59,678 bases of DNA from Spirochaetota bacterium (lineage in GTDB: Bacteria; Spirochaetota; Spirochaetia; JABEVK01): assembly GCA_020049045.1 (NCBI GenBank), contig JAIFLN010000017.1, forward strand, positions 1-59,678. The letters are read 5' to 3'. Within the stretch, counting starts at the first letter, position 1. Every line of letters begins with the position of its first letter. The position numbers were made by a program, and so were the translations under genes. Of this stretch, positions 1 through 9,986 are shown one piece after another. Below the pieces are notes generated by a model that saw only the letters and a program-made list of their open reading frames with translations, did no database searches and was not told where the DNA came from.

Positions 1-90
1 GTGATTGTCGGTACCCCGACCCCGGTCACGGGGCGCAGTGGCATTCAAGTTCTCGGTTTGATGGAATTTTTGCTGGGAAGGCCTCAGTGA
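1..90 (+). CDS. 3' end of a gene entering from the left edge, possibly an AAA+/DUF4143-type ATPase
   Basis: Frame 1 reads VIVGTPTPVTGRSGIQVLGLMEFLLGRPQ-stop; the GIQVLGLMEFLL ending resembles DUF4143 ATPase C-termini. Only 29 codons visible. Confidence 0.3.
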   Translation: MIVGTPTPVTGRSGIQVLGLMEFLLGRPQ

Positions 91-117
91 GAACGGAACA
101 CCCTTGTCACCCCGTGC

Positions 118-1036
118 CTATAGCGTCCCCTGCCAGTAGACCCAGTCGTCGTTGTCAGAAAGGTCGCAGACACTGAGTTCCAGGTAAATCTCGGTACCAG
201 CTTCGAGGGGGTGATAATCGAGTTCGATGTCTTCCCAGGTTCGGCCGTCAAACCCCCAGTCTTCGGTGGCCGACAGGCTTAAGTAGCCTTAAGTCTCAAG
301 TTTTCCTTGGCGCAACTGCAGAACCTGCCCGTCCCAGGAACCTTCCACGAGACCCGATTCGACGTCTTTTCAGCTTGAACATCGGACTCACCCAAGTTTT
401 CGTCGACCAAAAAGACCGGACCGACGGGCTTGGCATTGGCTGCGGGCTTTGTAGCGGTTGTTGGTGTCCCGGTGCCATAATAGGAGGCAAGGAAATCCCG
501 CCACAGAGAGGCTTCGCCAATCCCAGCCATGGCTTCGTAGGAGGCCATCAGGCAGGCATCAAAACCGATAATGTCCAAGGCACCCAGTTTTGCGGCGCTC
601 AAGCCTCCGCTCACTCCCTTGCTGATAACCTCAAGGGACAGTCCCGAGTCCGCGGATTCATCGACGCCGAAGCCCGACCAACCGCCCCCATGGTCCCAGA
701 AAAACAAGCCGTCGTGTTCGGCGGGAAATTGGGTCGTAGACTCTTTGATGAAGCGGAGGTAAGGAGCTTGGGGGTTTTCCAGGACTTTATCCCTCCAACG
801 TTGGCTTGTGAATAATTGGAACCTCGATCGGCGAGTATGACGAGGTTGACGTTTTTCCCGGTGTCGGCGCTGAGCATTTCGTTGAGATCGTCTACTGCCG
901 ACTCTTCCAGGTCGTTGTCCCCCAGCATGTAAACCATGATGGTCCATGGTTTTGTCTCAAGGGCGCCAAGGAGGCACAGCGGGGTCAGAGCAAAAAACAA
1001 AAGGAAAGTGATGAGCTGTTTTGAAAACGATTTCAT
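118..1036 (-). pseudogene. Clostripain-family (C11) cysteine peptidase pseudogene
   Basis: ORF fragments 611-1036 and 279-947 match the 19410-21101 protein (MKSFSKQLITFLLFF..., FFWDHGGGW, FDACLMA); five internal deletions and frameshifts. Confidence 0.93.
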
Positions 1037-1190
1037 GACGGTTCTCCTAGGTTATTTGAACGATACTCTGCGGGGTGCACTACAGTGACGCCTCAGCATA
1101 AAGCAATTCTCGACGAGAAACTTGGACCGGCTGGACCTGGCCAGAGTGCGACATAAGTCCTGGTCTTCAAGGGCGAGATCTCCCACCACG
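1033..1190 (-). pseudogene. Remnant of PIN toxin and antitoxin genes
   Basis: Short blocks (gtgcactacagtgacgcc; gaaacttggaccggc; tggccagagtgcgac...tcccaccac) match 21098-21690; ~160 bp left of ~720 bp. Confidence 0.88.
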
Positions 1191-1217
1191 CAACCGTAGT
1201 CATTTCGACTACGGTTG
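1191..1217. promoter_or_regulatory. Perfect 11-bp inverted repeat; probable antitoxin operator of the dead TA copy
   Basis: CAACCGTAGTC-atttc-GACTACGGTTG; homologous to the promoter spacer at 21831-21852. Confidence 0.6.
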
Positions 1218-1300
1218 TCACGCTGAGGAACTATACCAGAGTAACCAATTGACGGGGCACATTTGTATTGGGAACAAAGACCGTTCGTCCTGCGACAACA

Positions 1301-1318
1301 TTTATACCTTCTTTATAC
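1301..1318 (+). promoter_or_regulatory. KdpE binding site
   Basis: TTTATAC direct repeat with 11-bp period (1301, 1312), resembling the E. coli KdpE box; followed by a possible -10 TAGCTT (1328-1333) and RBS AGGAGG (1341-1346). Confidence 0.75.
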
Positions 1319-1353
1319 GGCCTTCGATAGCTTGATCATCAGGAGGAATCCTT

Positions 1354-2982
1354 ATGAACGAGCTGATGACCGTGACCCTGTACCTCGGTGTCTTGGTCCT
1401 GGCCGCCTGGCCGCTCTCTCGTCCCCTGGCCGCCCTGATGAGCGGCACCGGGCTTTCAAAGCGAGGGAGTTCGATCGATCGGGTGGTCCTTTCGCTGTTT
1501 GGGCTGAAGAACGCCCCCGGTCAAACGGCACCGCAATGGGTCACAACGTTGCTCACCTTCTCGCTGCTGGAAATCCTGGTTCTGTTCCTTATCCTGGGTC
1601 TCGACGGAGTTCCTTGGGAACTGTCGCTCAACACGGCCGTCAGCTTCGTGACCAACACCAACTGGCAGAACTACGCCGGGGAATCGACCCTTAGTCCCTT
1701 CTCGCAAATGGTCGGCCTGGCGGTGCAGAACTTCCTTTCGGCGGCGTGCGGGTTCGCCGTCTTGGCGGCACTGGTTCGTGGTTTGGTTTGCAAGGAGTCC
1801 CAAGACCTGGGGAATTTTGCCGTCGATGTGGTCCGTTTCACCCTCTACGTTCTGCTTCCGATTTCCGTGGTCTACGCCCTGTTCCTGGTGTCCCAGGGTG
1901 TGGTCCAGACCTGGACTACCTCGGTAACCGTCCAGACGTTGGCGGGAACAACCCAGACCTTGGCGCTCGGACCGGTCGCCTCCCAGGAGGCCATCAAGAT
2001 GCTGGGCACCAACGGCGGCGGATACTTCAATGCCAACTCAGCCCATCCGTTTGAGAACCCCACGGGCCTTTCCAACTTCGTCCAGATGCTGTCGATGTTC
2101 CTGATTCCAGCGGCTTCGGTGTTTGCCTTCGGACGGGTGGTCCGCGACCGACGTCAGGGGATCTCGCTGGCCGTCGTGATGACCCTTCTCTTCGTTTTGG
2201 CCGTGGGCCTGGCCTGGTGGGCCGAGTCGTCGGTGGCGGGCTCCGCCACGGGCAACATGGAGGGAAAGGAGACCCGGTTTGGCATCTTCCCCTCAGTCCT
2301 GTTCAGCGCCATCACGACCTCCACTTCCACCGGTGCAGTCAATGCTATGCACGACAGCTACACGGCCCTCGGCGGGCTGGTTCCGTTGGCACTCATGCAC
2401 CTGGGCGAAGTTGTCTTCGGGGGCGTGGGTTCGGGACTGTACGGCATGCTTTTGATGGTTTTGCTGACGGTGTTTGTCGGTGGTCTATTGGTGGGACGCA
2501 CCCCCGAGTACCTGGGGAAGAAGATCGAGCCCCGGGAGATGACGCTGATCAGCATTGCCCTCTTGGTGACTCCGGTGGTCACGCTCTTAGGTACGGCGGC
2601 AGGGGTGTTGTGGCCCGACGCCGTGAAGTCACTGAACAACCCCGGTCCCCATGGCTTCACGGAGATTCTCTATGCGTATACGTCGGCGGCCAACAACAAC
2701 GGCAGCGCCTTCGGGGGGCTCAACGGCAACACTCCGTTCTTCAACCTCACCTTGGCTGCGGCCATGTTCGTGGGACGTTTCGGGGTGATGATTCCCGTCG
2801 TTCTTCTGGCCGGTTCCCTGGCCCAAAAGCGGTCTATGGCCACCACCAGCGGCACGTTGCCGACACACACGGTCACCTTTGCCGTCCTGCTCATCTTTTT
2901 TCTCTTCTTGTTGGCCGCCCTCAACTTCATCCCTGCCTGGTCGTTGGGTCCGGTGGCCGAGGCCCTCGGAGGTGCTTTTTGA
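1354..2982 (+). CDS. kdpA: K+-transporting ATPase subunit A
   Basis: Selectivity-filter motifs [23 protein letters not shown]; first gene of the operon. No kdpF upstream. Confidence 0.97.
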   Translation: MNELMTVTLYLGVLVLAAWPLSRPLAALMSGTGLSKRGSSIDRVVLSLFGLKNAPGQTAPQWVTTLLTFSLLEILVLFLILGLDGVPWELSLNTAVSFVTNTNWQNYAGESTLSPFSQMVGLAVQNFLSAACGFAVLAALVRGLVCKESQDLGNFAVDVVRFTLYVLLPISVVYALFLVSQGVVQTWTTSVTVQTLAGTTQTLALGPVASQEAIKMLGTNGGGYFNANSAHPFENPTGLSNFVQMLSMFLIPAASVFAFGRVVRDRRQGISLAVVMTLLFVLAVGLAWWAESSVAGSATGNMEGKETRFGIFPSVLFSAITTSTSTGAVNAMHDSYTALGGLVPLALMHLGEVVFGGVGSGLYGMLLMVLLTVFVGGLLVGRTPEYLGKKIEPREMTLISIALLVTPVVTLLGTAAGVLWPDAVKSLNNPGPHGFTEILYAYTSAANNNGSAFGGLNGNTPFFNLTLAAAMFVGRFGVMIPVVLLAGSLAQKRSMATTSGTLPTHTVTFAVLLIFFLFLLAALNFIPAWSLGPVAEALGGAF

Positions 2983-4955
2983 TGCGTGATACCCTTGTTC
3001 AGACCTTTGCCAAGCTCCATCCCCGGGAACAGCTGAGAAACCCGGTGATGTTCACCGTGTACCTGGGGGCCTTCCTGACCACCTTGTTGGGCTTCGGGGA
3101 ACCGACGCCCTTTGTGTGGTCGGTCACCCTGTGGCTGTGGGCCACGGTGCTCTTCTCCAATTTTGCCGAAGCTGTCGCCGAAGGACGGGGAAAGGCCCAG
3201 GCCGCAGCCCTCCGCAAGACCAGAAGCGAAGTTCAAGCCAAACGCCTGGCCTCACCTGACTGGGAGGCTCCCTTCACCGTCGTCGCCTCGACCAGCCTCA
3301 AGCAGGGTGACCTGGTGATCGTCGCAGCCTCCGAGACCATTCCCGCCGACGGGGAGGTTGTGCAGGGTGCGGCATCAGTCGACGAAAGCGCCGTCACCGG
3401 CGAGAGTGCCCCGGTGGTGCGGGAGTCCGGCGGTGACCGCAGTTCGGTGACCGGGGGAACCCGGGTCTTGTCGGACCGGTTGCTGATTCGCATCTCGGCG
3501 GCCCCCGGTCAGGGGTTTTTGGACCGGATGATTGCCCTGGTGGAAGGCGCCCAACGCCAGAAAACCCCGAACGAGATTGCCCTGACCATCCTGTTGGTCA
3601 CCCTGACGGCCATCTTTCTGGTGGTGACCGTGACCCTGTGGCCCTTCAGCCTGTTCGCCGTCCAGCAAGCGGGGAAGGGTACACCCCTCGGTTTGGTTTC
3701 TCTGGTGGCGCTGTTTGTCTGCCTGGCCCCCACCACCATCGGAGCCCTGCTCTCGGCCATCGGTATCGCCGGAATGAACCGCCTGTCCCGCGTGAATGTT
3801 CTGGCCACCTCGGGCCGGGCCGTGGAAGCCTCGGGCGATGTGGATACCTTGCTCCTCGACAAAACGGGGACCATCACCTATGGCAACCGGATGGCCGATC
3901 GGTTTGTTCCCCTCGAAGGCGTGAAACTCGCGGACCTGGCCCAGGCCGCTCTCAACGCCTCGTGGGCTGACCGGACGCCCGAGGGCCGCAGCATCCTGCC
4001 CCTGGCTCTGGCGGTACCGGGAGTCAAAGAACCGGACCTCAGCGGTCCTCATCGGGTCCACGAGTTCACGGCCCAAACCCGGATGAGCGGTCTCGATCTC
4101 GGGTCCATTCTGTATCGGAAAGGAGCACCTTCCTCCATGGCCGTTCCCGAGGCCGTGCAGAAGGAGGCGGACCAGGCCGCCCGGTTGGGGGCAACACCCT
4201 TGGCAGTGGGTGTGGACGGTCGGATCCTCGGTCTGGTGATTCTCAAGGACATCATCAAGGAGGGAATTCGCGACAAGTTCGCCCAGCTGAGGGCCATGGG
4301 AATCAAGACCATCATGATCACCGGTGACAACCCCTTGACCGCCGCCAGCATCGCCGCCGAGGCAGGGGTCGACGACTTTATCGCCGAGGCCAAGCCCGAG
4401 GACAAACTGGCACTGATCCGCCAGCTCCAGGCCGAAGGGCACCTGGTGGCCATGACTGGCGATGGGACCAACGACGCCCCTGCCCTGGCCCAGGCCGATG
4501 TGGCGGTGGCCATGAACTCCGGAACCCAGGCCTCCAAAGAGGCCGCCAATATGGTAGACCTGGACTCCAACCCCACCAAGCTCACCGAAGTGGTGTTGGT
4601 GGGCAAGCAGCTGTTGGTCACCCGGGGAGCCCTGACCACCTTCAGCATCGCCAACGACGTGGCCAAGTACTTCGCCATCCTGCCGGCGATGTTTTTGGCC
4701 CTCTACCCGGGTTTGGCGGTGTTGAACATCCTGCACCTGGCTACCGCCGAATCGTCCATTCTGTCCGCCGTCATCTTCAACGCCTTGATCATTCCGGCCC
4801 TGATTCCCTTGGCCCTACGCGGCGTCAAGGCGGCTTCCCAGTCTGCCGCAGCCCTTCTTCGGCGCAACCTCCTGATCTACGGCCTGGGTGGCCTCGTCTT
4901 GCCCTTCGTGGGCATCAAGCTCATCGACATCGTTCTCACCGGACATTTTTGGTGA
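2982..4955 (+). CDS. kdpB: K+-transporting P-type ATPase subunit B
   Basis: TGES, DKTGT, TGDN, GDGTND motifs; ATG overlaps the kdpA stop (TGATG). Confidence 0.97.
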   Translation: MRDTLVQTFAKLHPREQLRNPVMFTVYLGAFLTTLLGFGEPTPFVWSVTLWLWATVLFSNFAEAVAEGRGKAQAAALRKTRSEVQAKRLASPDWEAPFTVVASTSLKQGDLVIVAASETIPADGEVVQGAASVDESAVTGESAPVVRESGGDRSSVTGGTRVLSDRLLIRISAAPGQGFLDRMIALVEGAQRQKTPNEIALTILLVTLTAIFLVVTVTLWPFSLFAVQQAGKGTPLGLVSLVALFVCLAPTTIGALLSAIGIAGMNRLSRVNVLATSGRAVEASGDVDTLLLDKTGTITYGNRMADRFVPLEGVKLADLAQAALNASWADRTPEGRSILPLALAVPGVKEPDLSGPHRVHEFTAQTRMSGLDLGSILYRKGAPSSMAVPEAVQKEADQAARLGATPLAVGVDGRILGLVILKDIIKEGIRDKFAQLRAMGIKTIMITGDNPLTAASIAAEAGVDDFIAEAKPEDKLALIRQLQAEGHLVAMTGDGTNDAPALAQADVAVAMNSGTQASKEAANMVDLDSNPTKLTEVVLVGKQLLVTRGALTTFSIANDVAKYFAILPAMFLALYPGLAVLNILHLATAESSILSAVIFNALIIPALIPLALRGVKAASQSAAALLRRNLLIYGLGGLVLPFVGIKLIDIVLTGHFW

Positions 4956-4966
4956 AAGGAGCTTTC

Positions 4967-5551
4967 ATGAAAACCCTTGTTTCTTCCCTTCGCAGCCTGG
5001 TGCTTTTCACGGCCCTTCTGGGCCTCGGATACCCGTTGCTGGTTACCACCCTGGCGCAGCTGGCGTTTCCCCTGCAGGCCAACGGTTCTCTGGTGGGGGC
5101 GCCAGACAAGCCAGAAGGCTCGCTGCTCATCGGACAGGACTGGCCTTCACCCCCGTGGTTCCAGGGGCGGCCGTCGGCCACCGGGGGCCAGCCCTACAAC
5201 CCCCAAGCCAGCGGCGGTTCCAACCTCTCGCCCCATGGGCAGGCGCTGGCCGATCGAAGGTCGGCCGCCGAGGCTTCGTGGAAGGCCAGGGCCGCCGATG
5301 CAGGTCAGAGCGACGCTGTGCCCGAGGCACTGCTCAGTGCCTCGGGCAGCGGCCTGGACCCCGATCTGGACCTTCAAGCCACCCTGTGGCAGGTTCCTCT
5401 GGTGGCTCACGTCCTCCAAACTGATGCGGCACTGCTGGAGCAGTTGGTACGGTCCTTGGCCGTCCACCCTGCTTGGCCCTGGGACCCCGACTCCTTTGTG
5501 AACCTGCTCAAGCTCAACCGGGCCCTGGCCCAGATTCTGGCGAAGGCGTAA
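4967..5551 (+). CDS. kdpC: K+-transporting ATPase subunit C
   Basis: FPLQANGSL, FQGRPS, SGGSN, SGSGLDP motifs; RBS AAGGAG. Confidence 0.95.
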   Translation: MKTLVSSLRSLVLFTALLGLGYPLLVTTLAQLAFPLQANGSLVGAPDKPEGSLLIGQDWPSPPWFQGRPSATGGQPYNPQASGGSNLSPHGQALADRRSAAEASWKARAADAGQSDAVPEALLSASGSGLDPDLDLQATLWQVPLVAHVLQTDAALLEQLVRSLAVHPAWPWDPDSFVNLLKLNRALAQILAKA

Positions 5552-5560
5552 GGTAGGGGG

Positions 5561-8188
5561 ATGGAACTTCCGAGGCCGGACCCCGACGTTCTCCTCTCTC
5601 AAATCCAGGCTCAGGAGCAGGCCCCTCGAGGCTTGCTCAAAGTCTTTTTGGGGTACGCCGCCGGAGTGGGCAAGTCCTTCGCCATGCTCCAGGCTGCCCA
5701 GGTCGCCCAGCTCCAGGGACGAACGGTGGCGGTAGGGTGGGCGGAGCGCCACGACCGGCCCGATACGCTTGAGCTCTTGGCCGGGCTCCCCGAGGTGCCC
5801 CCCCGGGTGACCTCCGAAGGCTCCCTCACCCTGCGGGAACTGGATCTGGATGCTTGTTTGCAGCGCCATCCCGAAGTGTTGCTCGTCGATGAGCTTGCAC
5901 ACTCCAATGCGCCCGGCTCTCGTCACCAGAAGCGTTGGCAGGATGTGAAGGAGCTTCTGGATGCCGGCATCGAAGTTTGGACGACGGTCAACGTTCAGCA
6001 CCTCGAATCGATGAACGATGTGGTGGCCCGGATCACCGGTGTTCAGGTACAGGAGACGGTGCCGGACAGCCTCTTCGACCGAGCCCAGGAAGTAGAAATC
6101 GTCGATGTCGACCCTGAAGACCTTGTGGATAGGCTGAAGGCTGGCAAGGTGTACCGGCTGCCCCAGGCGCAGAAGGCCCTGGAGTCCTTTTTCCGAAAGG
6201 AAAACCTCCTGGCTCTCCGGGAGTTGACCTTTCGCCGGGCCGCCGAAAGGGTGGGGAAGGAAGTGGACCACGCCAGAACCCAAAAGAACGTCCAAGCCAT
6301 CTGGCCTGTGCGTGAGCGGCTGATGGTATCGGTGGGACCCAGTCCCCTCTCCGAGGACCTGCTCCGTCAGGCCGCCCGGATGGCGCGTTCTCTCGATGCC
6401 GAGTTGCTGGCGGTATCCATCGAGACTCCTTCGTCACGGTTGCTGGATTCGGCTTCCCAAGCTCGGTTGGCCCACAACCTCGGGGTGGCCGAAGCCCTCG
6501 GTGCCGAGACGGTCATCCTGCAGGGAGAGGACGTGGCCCGGGATCTGGTTGCCTTTGCCCGCAAGCGCAACGTCACCAAACTGGTGATTGGGAAGAACCG
6601 GGATACGGGTTGGAAGCGGTTTCTCCGCCGGACTATCGGGGACGAACTCCTGCGGCTGTCGGGGGATATCGATGTCTATGTCCTGACGGGCCGCAAGACC
6701 AATCCCTCCATCCCAGAGGTTCGGCGAACGCTTTGGCAGCTCCACTGGAAGAACTGGATCTGGGCGGTCCTTCTGGTGGCCGGGTTCGCCGCACTGGCGA
6801 TTCTTTTCCGCCAGTCGGGTATGGCCGAGGCAAACCTCATTCTGACCCTGTTGATGAGCGTGGTGCTTTCCGCGTCGCTTTTCGGCCTTTCGGCCAGCAT
6901 CGTCAGTTCGGTTTTGAGCGTTCTGGCCTTCAACTTCTTCTTCACCCAGCCCCAATACTCCTTGGCCGTCGATGACCCGCAGTACTATCTGGTGTTTGTT
7001 TTTCTTCTCATTGTCGGCCTGGTCATCGGTGCCCTGACTCATCGGCTTCGGACGGCTCTGGAAACCTCGCGGACCCGGGAGCAGAGGATCGAGACACTGA
7101 ACCGCATGCATCGTCAGCTGGCCGAACTGCTCTCCGCCGAGGCTGTCCAGTCCTGTGCTGAGGCTCTTGTCCAAGAGCTTCTGGGAAGCCGAGTGCAGAT
7201 CCTCCTTCGAGACCGTTCAGGTCAATGGCTGTCGACCGGTACGGTTCAGCCGGGAGATGTCGCCCTGTTCGACTGGAGTTGGGAGCACAACGAACGCGCT
7301 GGCTGGGGCACCGGAACTCTGTTTCGCCACCGGCTGTCGGTTTGGCCCCTCACGGGCACCCAGGGACCGGTGGGAATCCTCGCCCTCGAATCTCACAGCC
7401 ATCCGGCAGACTTGGTGGAGTCCCTGGCGGCCTTGATCACCTCGGCCCTCGAAAGGGTGGGGCTGATCGAGCAGACGCGAACACGGGACCGCCAGGTCGA
7501 AAACGAACGGACCCGCAACGCCATCCTCCACAGCCTGTCCCACGACCTTCGAACCCCTTTGGCCGTCCTGAGCGGCAGTCTGGAAGCCCTCGCCCTGTCC
7601 TCGGACACCCAGTGGGCACCACGGGATCTCGGGGTTGTCGACTTGCTGAAGAAGGAGGCCGATGGCTTGGCAAGGCAGGTCGAGAACCTGCTGGAACTCT
7701 CCCGGCTCTCGGACCAGGACTGGAGCCAGTCTCTGGTGGAGGTTCCCGTCGAGGAACCTGTCCAGGGTGCCCTCGAGCGATTTTCCAGGACTCACCCTCA
7801 GGCCGTTGTTCAGCAGGAAGTGCCCGCCGAGGTTCTTACGGCTCCCATGGAGCCCCGGCTTGTCCACCAGGCTCTGATCAACTTTCTGGAAAATGCCTGG
7901 GAGTATGCCGGTTCTGAAGGACTGGAGTGTGTCGTCACAGTGGACAGGAACCTCGTTCGCTACGAAGTCCGTGACCGGGGACCCGGGGTTTCCCAAGGTG
8001 AGCGGGGCAAGATCTTTCAAAAGTTCGTCCGAGGGAGTTCGATCACCGAGAGTACCCACCGGGGAACAGGTTTGGGCCTCGCCATCGTCACCGAGGTCGC
8101 CCGAGTCCATAACGGACGCACAGGAGTGGAGGATCGACCGGGTGGTGGATCGATCTTCTTTCTGGAGTTTCCCCGATGGCAGTCCTGA
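5561..8188 (+). CDS. kdpD: Sensor histidine kinase KdpD
   Basis: Walker A GYAAGVGKS, DELAHSN, Usp domain, four TM helices, SHDLRTPL H-box, GTGLGL G2 box. Confidence 0.96.
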   Translation: MELPRPDPDVLLSQIQAQEQAPRGLLKVFLGYAAGVGKSFAMLQAAQVAQLQGRTVAVGWAERHDRPDTLELLAGLPEVPPRVTSEGSLTLRELDLDACLQRHPEVLLVDELAHSNAPGSRHQKRWQDVKELLDAGIEVWTTVNVQHLESMNDVVARITGVQVQETVPDSLFDRAQEVEIVDVDPEDLVDRLKAGKVYRLPQAQKALESFFRKENLLALRELTFRRAAERVGKEVDHARTQKNVQAIWPVRERLMVSVGPSPLSEDLLRQAARMARSLDAELLAVSIETPSSRLLDSASQARLAHNLGVAEALGAETVILQGEDVARDLVAFARKRNVTKLVIGKNRDTGWKRFLRRTIGDELLRLSGDIDVYVLTGRKTNPSIPEVRRTLWQLHWKNWIWAVLLVAGFAALAILFRQSGMAEANLILTLLMSVVLSASLFGLSASIVSSVLSVLAFNFFFTQPQYSLAVDDPQYYLVFVFLLIVGLVIGALTHRLRTALETSRTREQRIETLNRMHRQLAELLSAEAVQSCAEALVQELLGSRVQILLRDRSGQWLSTGTVQPGDVALFDWSWEHNERAGWGTGTLFRHRLSVWPLTGTQGPVGILALESHSHPADLVESLAALITSALERVGLIEQTRTRDRQVENERTRNAILHSLSHDLRTPLAVLSGSLEALALSSDTQWAPRDLGVVDLLKKEADGLARQVENLLELSRLSDQDWSQSLVEVPVEEPVQGALERFSRTHPQAVVQQEVPAEVLTAPMEPRLVHQALINFLENAWEYAGSEGLECVVTVDRNLVRYEVRDRGPGVSQGERGKIFQKFVRGSSITESTHRGTGLGLAIVTEVARVHNGRTGVEDRPGGGSIFFLEFPRWQS

Positions 8189-8868
8189 ACTCAAAAGTCC
8201 TGATCGTCGACGATGAGGCCGCCCTCCGCCGGTTTCTCGTCGACACCCTGCATCACCAAGGGTACGCCGTCGAAGAAGCGGGAACCGCCGAAGGTGCCCT
8301 CCACTTGGTGGCAAGCTTGAATCCGGATCTCGTCCTTCTCGACCTAGGACTCCCTGACCTGGACGGGAAGGAGGTCGTCCGCCGAATTCGGGAGAGTCAT
8401 TCCATGCCCATCCTTATCCTTTCCGCCCGGGACCAGGAAAGTGAGAAAGTGGCGGCCCTGGAAGCGGGTGCCGACGACTACCTCACCAAACCCTTTGGGA
8501 GCGCCGAACTCGTGGCCCGAATCAAGGTAGCCCTGAGGCACCGGGCCAGAGAACGGGGCCCTATCACCAGGCAGAGTTTCGGCGATCTGGTCTGGCTGCC
8601 CGAGGTACAACAGGTTCTCCACCGGGGAAGCCCCCTCCACCTCACGCCCATGGAATACCGGCTCTTTGAGTTCCTGGCCTCGTCCCCCGGGCGAGTCCTC
8701 ACCTACGGGACGATACTCCACGAAGTGTGGGGACACTCCAGCTTGGAGCAGGCCCAGAACGTGAGGGTCACGGTGGCCGCGTTGCGCCGAAAGATCCATG
8801 ACGGCGAGGACGGTGCACGGTACATCGGGACGGAAGTGGGAACCGGCTATCGGTTCTTGGCACCGTAG
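8176..8868 (+). CDS. kdpE: OmpR-family response regulator KdpE
   Basis: LLDLGLPD, GADDYLTKPF, C-terminal TEVGTGYRF; follows kdpD. Confidence 0.95.
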   Translation: MAVLNSKVLIVDDEAALRRFLVDTLHHQGYAVEEAGTAEGALHLVASLNPDLVLLDLGLPDLDGKEVVRRIRESHSMPILILSARDQESEKVAALEAGADDYLTKPFGSAELVARIKVALRHRARERGPITRQSFGDLVWLPEVQQVLHRGSPLHLTPMEYRLFEFLASSPGRVLTYGTILHEVWGHSSLEQAQNVRVTVAALRRKIHDGEDGARYIGTEVGTGYRFLAP

Positions 8869-8996
8869 CAGAAAGACTGCTGGTTGGCGAGGGTGGTATC
8901 GAGGACGAAACCCTTGACGGCAAGGGTAGGCAGTCATGCCAGTCTGTTCCGCAACTGCCGTAATCAGGCCAACGAGTCGGTCACCACGCCGCCGGT

Positions 8997-9395
8997 TCAC
9001 GGCGTGACCAGTGCAACCGACGGATAGTAGGTTTTGTAGCGTCCTGAGTCACGGGTCAGCAGGGGGAACCCCGTTGCCTGAGCATGGGCGCCGATGAAAA
9101 AATCTGGTAATGGCGCGGTTTTTGAGCCGCCTTTGCGGCGATAGGCCAGAAAGGCCTTCGCCGCGAGAAACAATGCCGATTTTGGGAGTTCCTGCAAGGT
9201 CAATCCCAGTTTGGCGAGAAGCTCATCGACTTCCTGCACCGACTCGGCACCCGCACAAAGTTCCGAAAAGATCATGGGATTGATCACCAACCCCTGCGGA
9301 CGCTGAAGTTCCAGTTGACGCTCCGACCAGTCTGCCCAGGTCGCATCGTCGTGGGCGATGTCCAGAATTACGTTTGTATCAACGAGAATTGGCAC
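8997..9395 (-). CDS. vapC: PIN-domain toxin (VapC/FitB family)
   Basis: ILVDTNVILD N-terminus; LPDFFIGAHA...LLTRD motif; GTG start. Confidence 0.92.
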   Translation of the reverse strand: MPILVDTNVILDIAHDDATWADWSERQLELQRPQGLVINPMIFSELCAGAESVQEVDELLAKLGLTLQELPKSALFLAAKAFLAYRRKGGSKTAPLPDFFIGAHAQATGFPLLTRDSGRYKTYYPSVALVTP

Positions 9396-9399
9396 CTAG

Positions 9400-9699
9400 G
9401 AGCCTGTCGGACTTAGGGTTTCGGAGACAAAGGGAGGAGATTTCGAGGGAAAAAGTTGGGATGACTGAGCCTCGAATCGAGATTCGAGGCGAACGAAGCG
9501 CGACTTTTGCACCGAAAGATCCTCCTTTTGGACCGAAAGGCCCGCGGCCGTCGCATTTTGAGCGGGCTTCTGGGCGCCGGGCGAACTTTCTCAGTCACAC
9601 CATAACGGATTATGGCGTGCCTTCGAAAGCCAGGGGCATGTATGCCCCCGGCATCCCAGCCCCTCCGCTCAAAATGCGGCCCCTAAGTCCGACTGGCTC
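9400..9699. mobile_element. 300-bp non-autonomous MITE, probably IS5-family related
   Basis: TIRs GAGCCTGTCGGACTTAGGG (9400-9418) and CCCTAAGTCCGACTGGCTC (9681-9699), 18/19 match; flanking CTAG at 9396-9399 and 9700-9703; no transposase. Confidence 0.88.
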
Positions 9700-9927
9700 C
9701 TAGTCCTCTCCCCGAGTCATTTTCAGGATTTCATCGGTGGTTTGCCGCCCCTTCCAGAGACCTCGAGCAGAAGTCAGTGGAACTTTGGGAACAGGAGTAT
9801 CATCGACGGCTTGCGCTAGAATCGCCCTGACTTCTGCCTCCATCGACCGTTGGTGCTCTGCCGCTCGCATCCTAAGCTTCTGTTTGACAGGTTCGTCCAG
9901 ATTGCGGATGGTTAGGCTTGTACTCAT
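9700..9927 (-). CDS. FitA-like ribbon-helix-helix antitoxin
   Basis: SLTIRNLDEPVKQKLRMRAAEHQRSMEAEVRAIL is the FitA/StbC RHH signature; upstream of the PIN toxin. Confidence 0.9.
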   Translation of the reverse strand: MSTSLTIRNLDEPVKQKLRMRAAEHQRSMEAEVRAILAQAVDDTPVPKVPLTSARGLWKGRQTTDEILKMTRGED

Positions 9928-9933
9928 CTATGA

Positions 9934-9962
9934 AGTGTAGGCATTGCTAGCATTGATGTCAA
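9934..9962 (-). promoter_or_regulatory. Sigma70 promoter with antitoxin operator
   Basis: TTGACA-17-TACACT, -10 ending 6 nt before the ATG; TGCTAGCA palindrome (9945-9952) in the spacer. Confidence 0.8.
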
Positions 9963-9986
9963 GGCAGGAGCTCTTATCTCCCTCTT

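Larger units (their letters stand above)
116..1220. repeat. Degenerate direct-repeat copy (1105 bp) of the cassette at 19236-21855
   Basis: Collinear near-identical blocks from gcctatagcgtcccctgccagtaga (116; 19236) to acggttgtca (1220; 21855), with many internal segments missing. Confidence 0.95.

Noticed and set aside
2217-2981. 255-aa N-terminal extension of KdpB in the ORF track
   Set aside because: Out-of-frame overlap with kdpA; homology starts at ATG 2982, coupled to the kdpA stop.
3375-8314. Long antisense ORFs (453, 382, 365 aa) opposite kdp genes, and similar shadows elsewhere
   Set aside because: Expected from GC-rich codon bias; no recognisable motifs.
8910-8927. Hairpin ACCCTTG-acgg-CAAGGGT between kdpE and vapC
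   Set aside because: 7-bp stem with only a short A-tract on one side; too weak to call a terminator.
9413-9598. 61-aa ORF starting VTEK as an AbrB-type antitoxin
   Set aside because: Lies wholly inside the MITE and lacks further AbrB similarity; the real antitoxin is 9700-9927.
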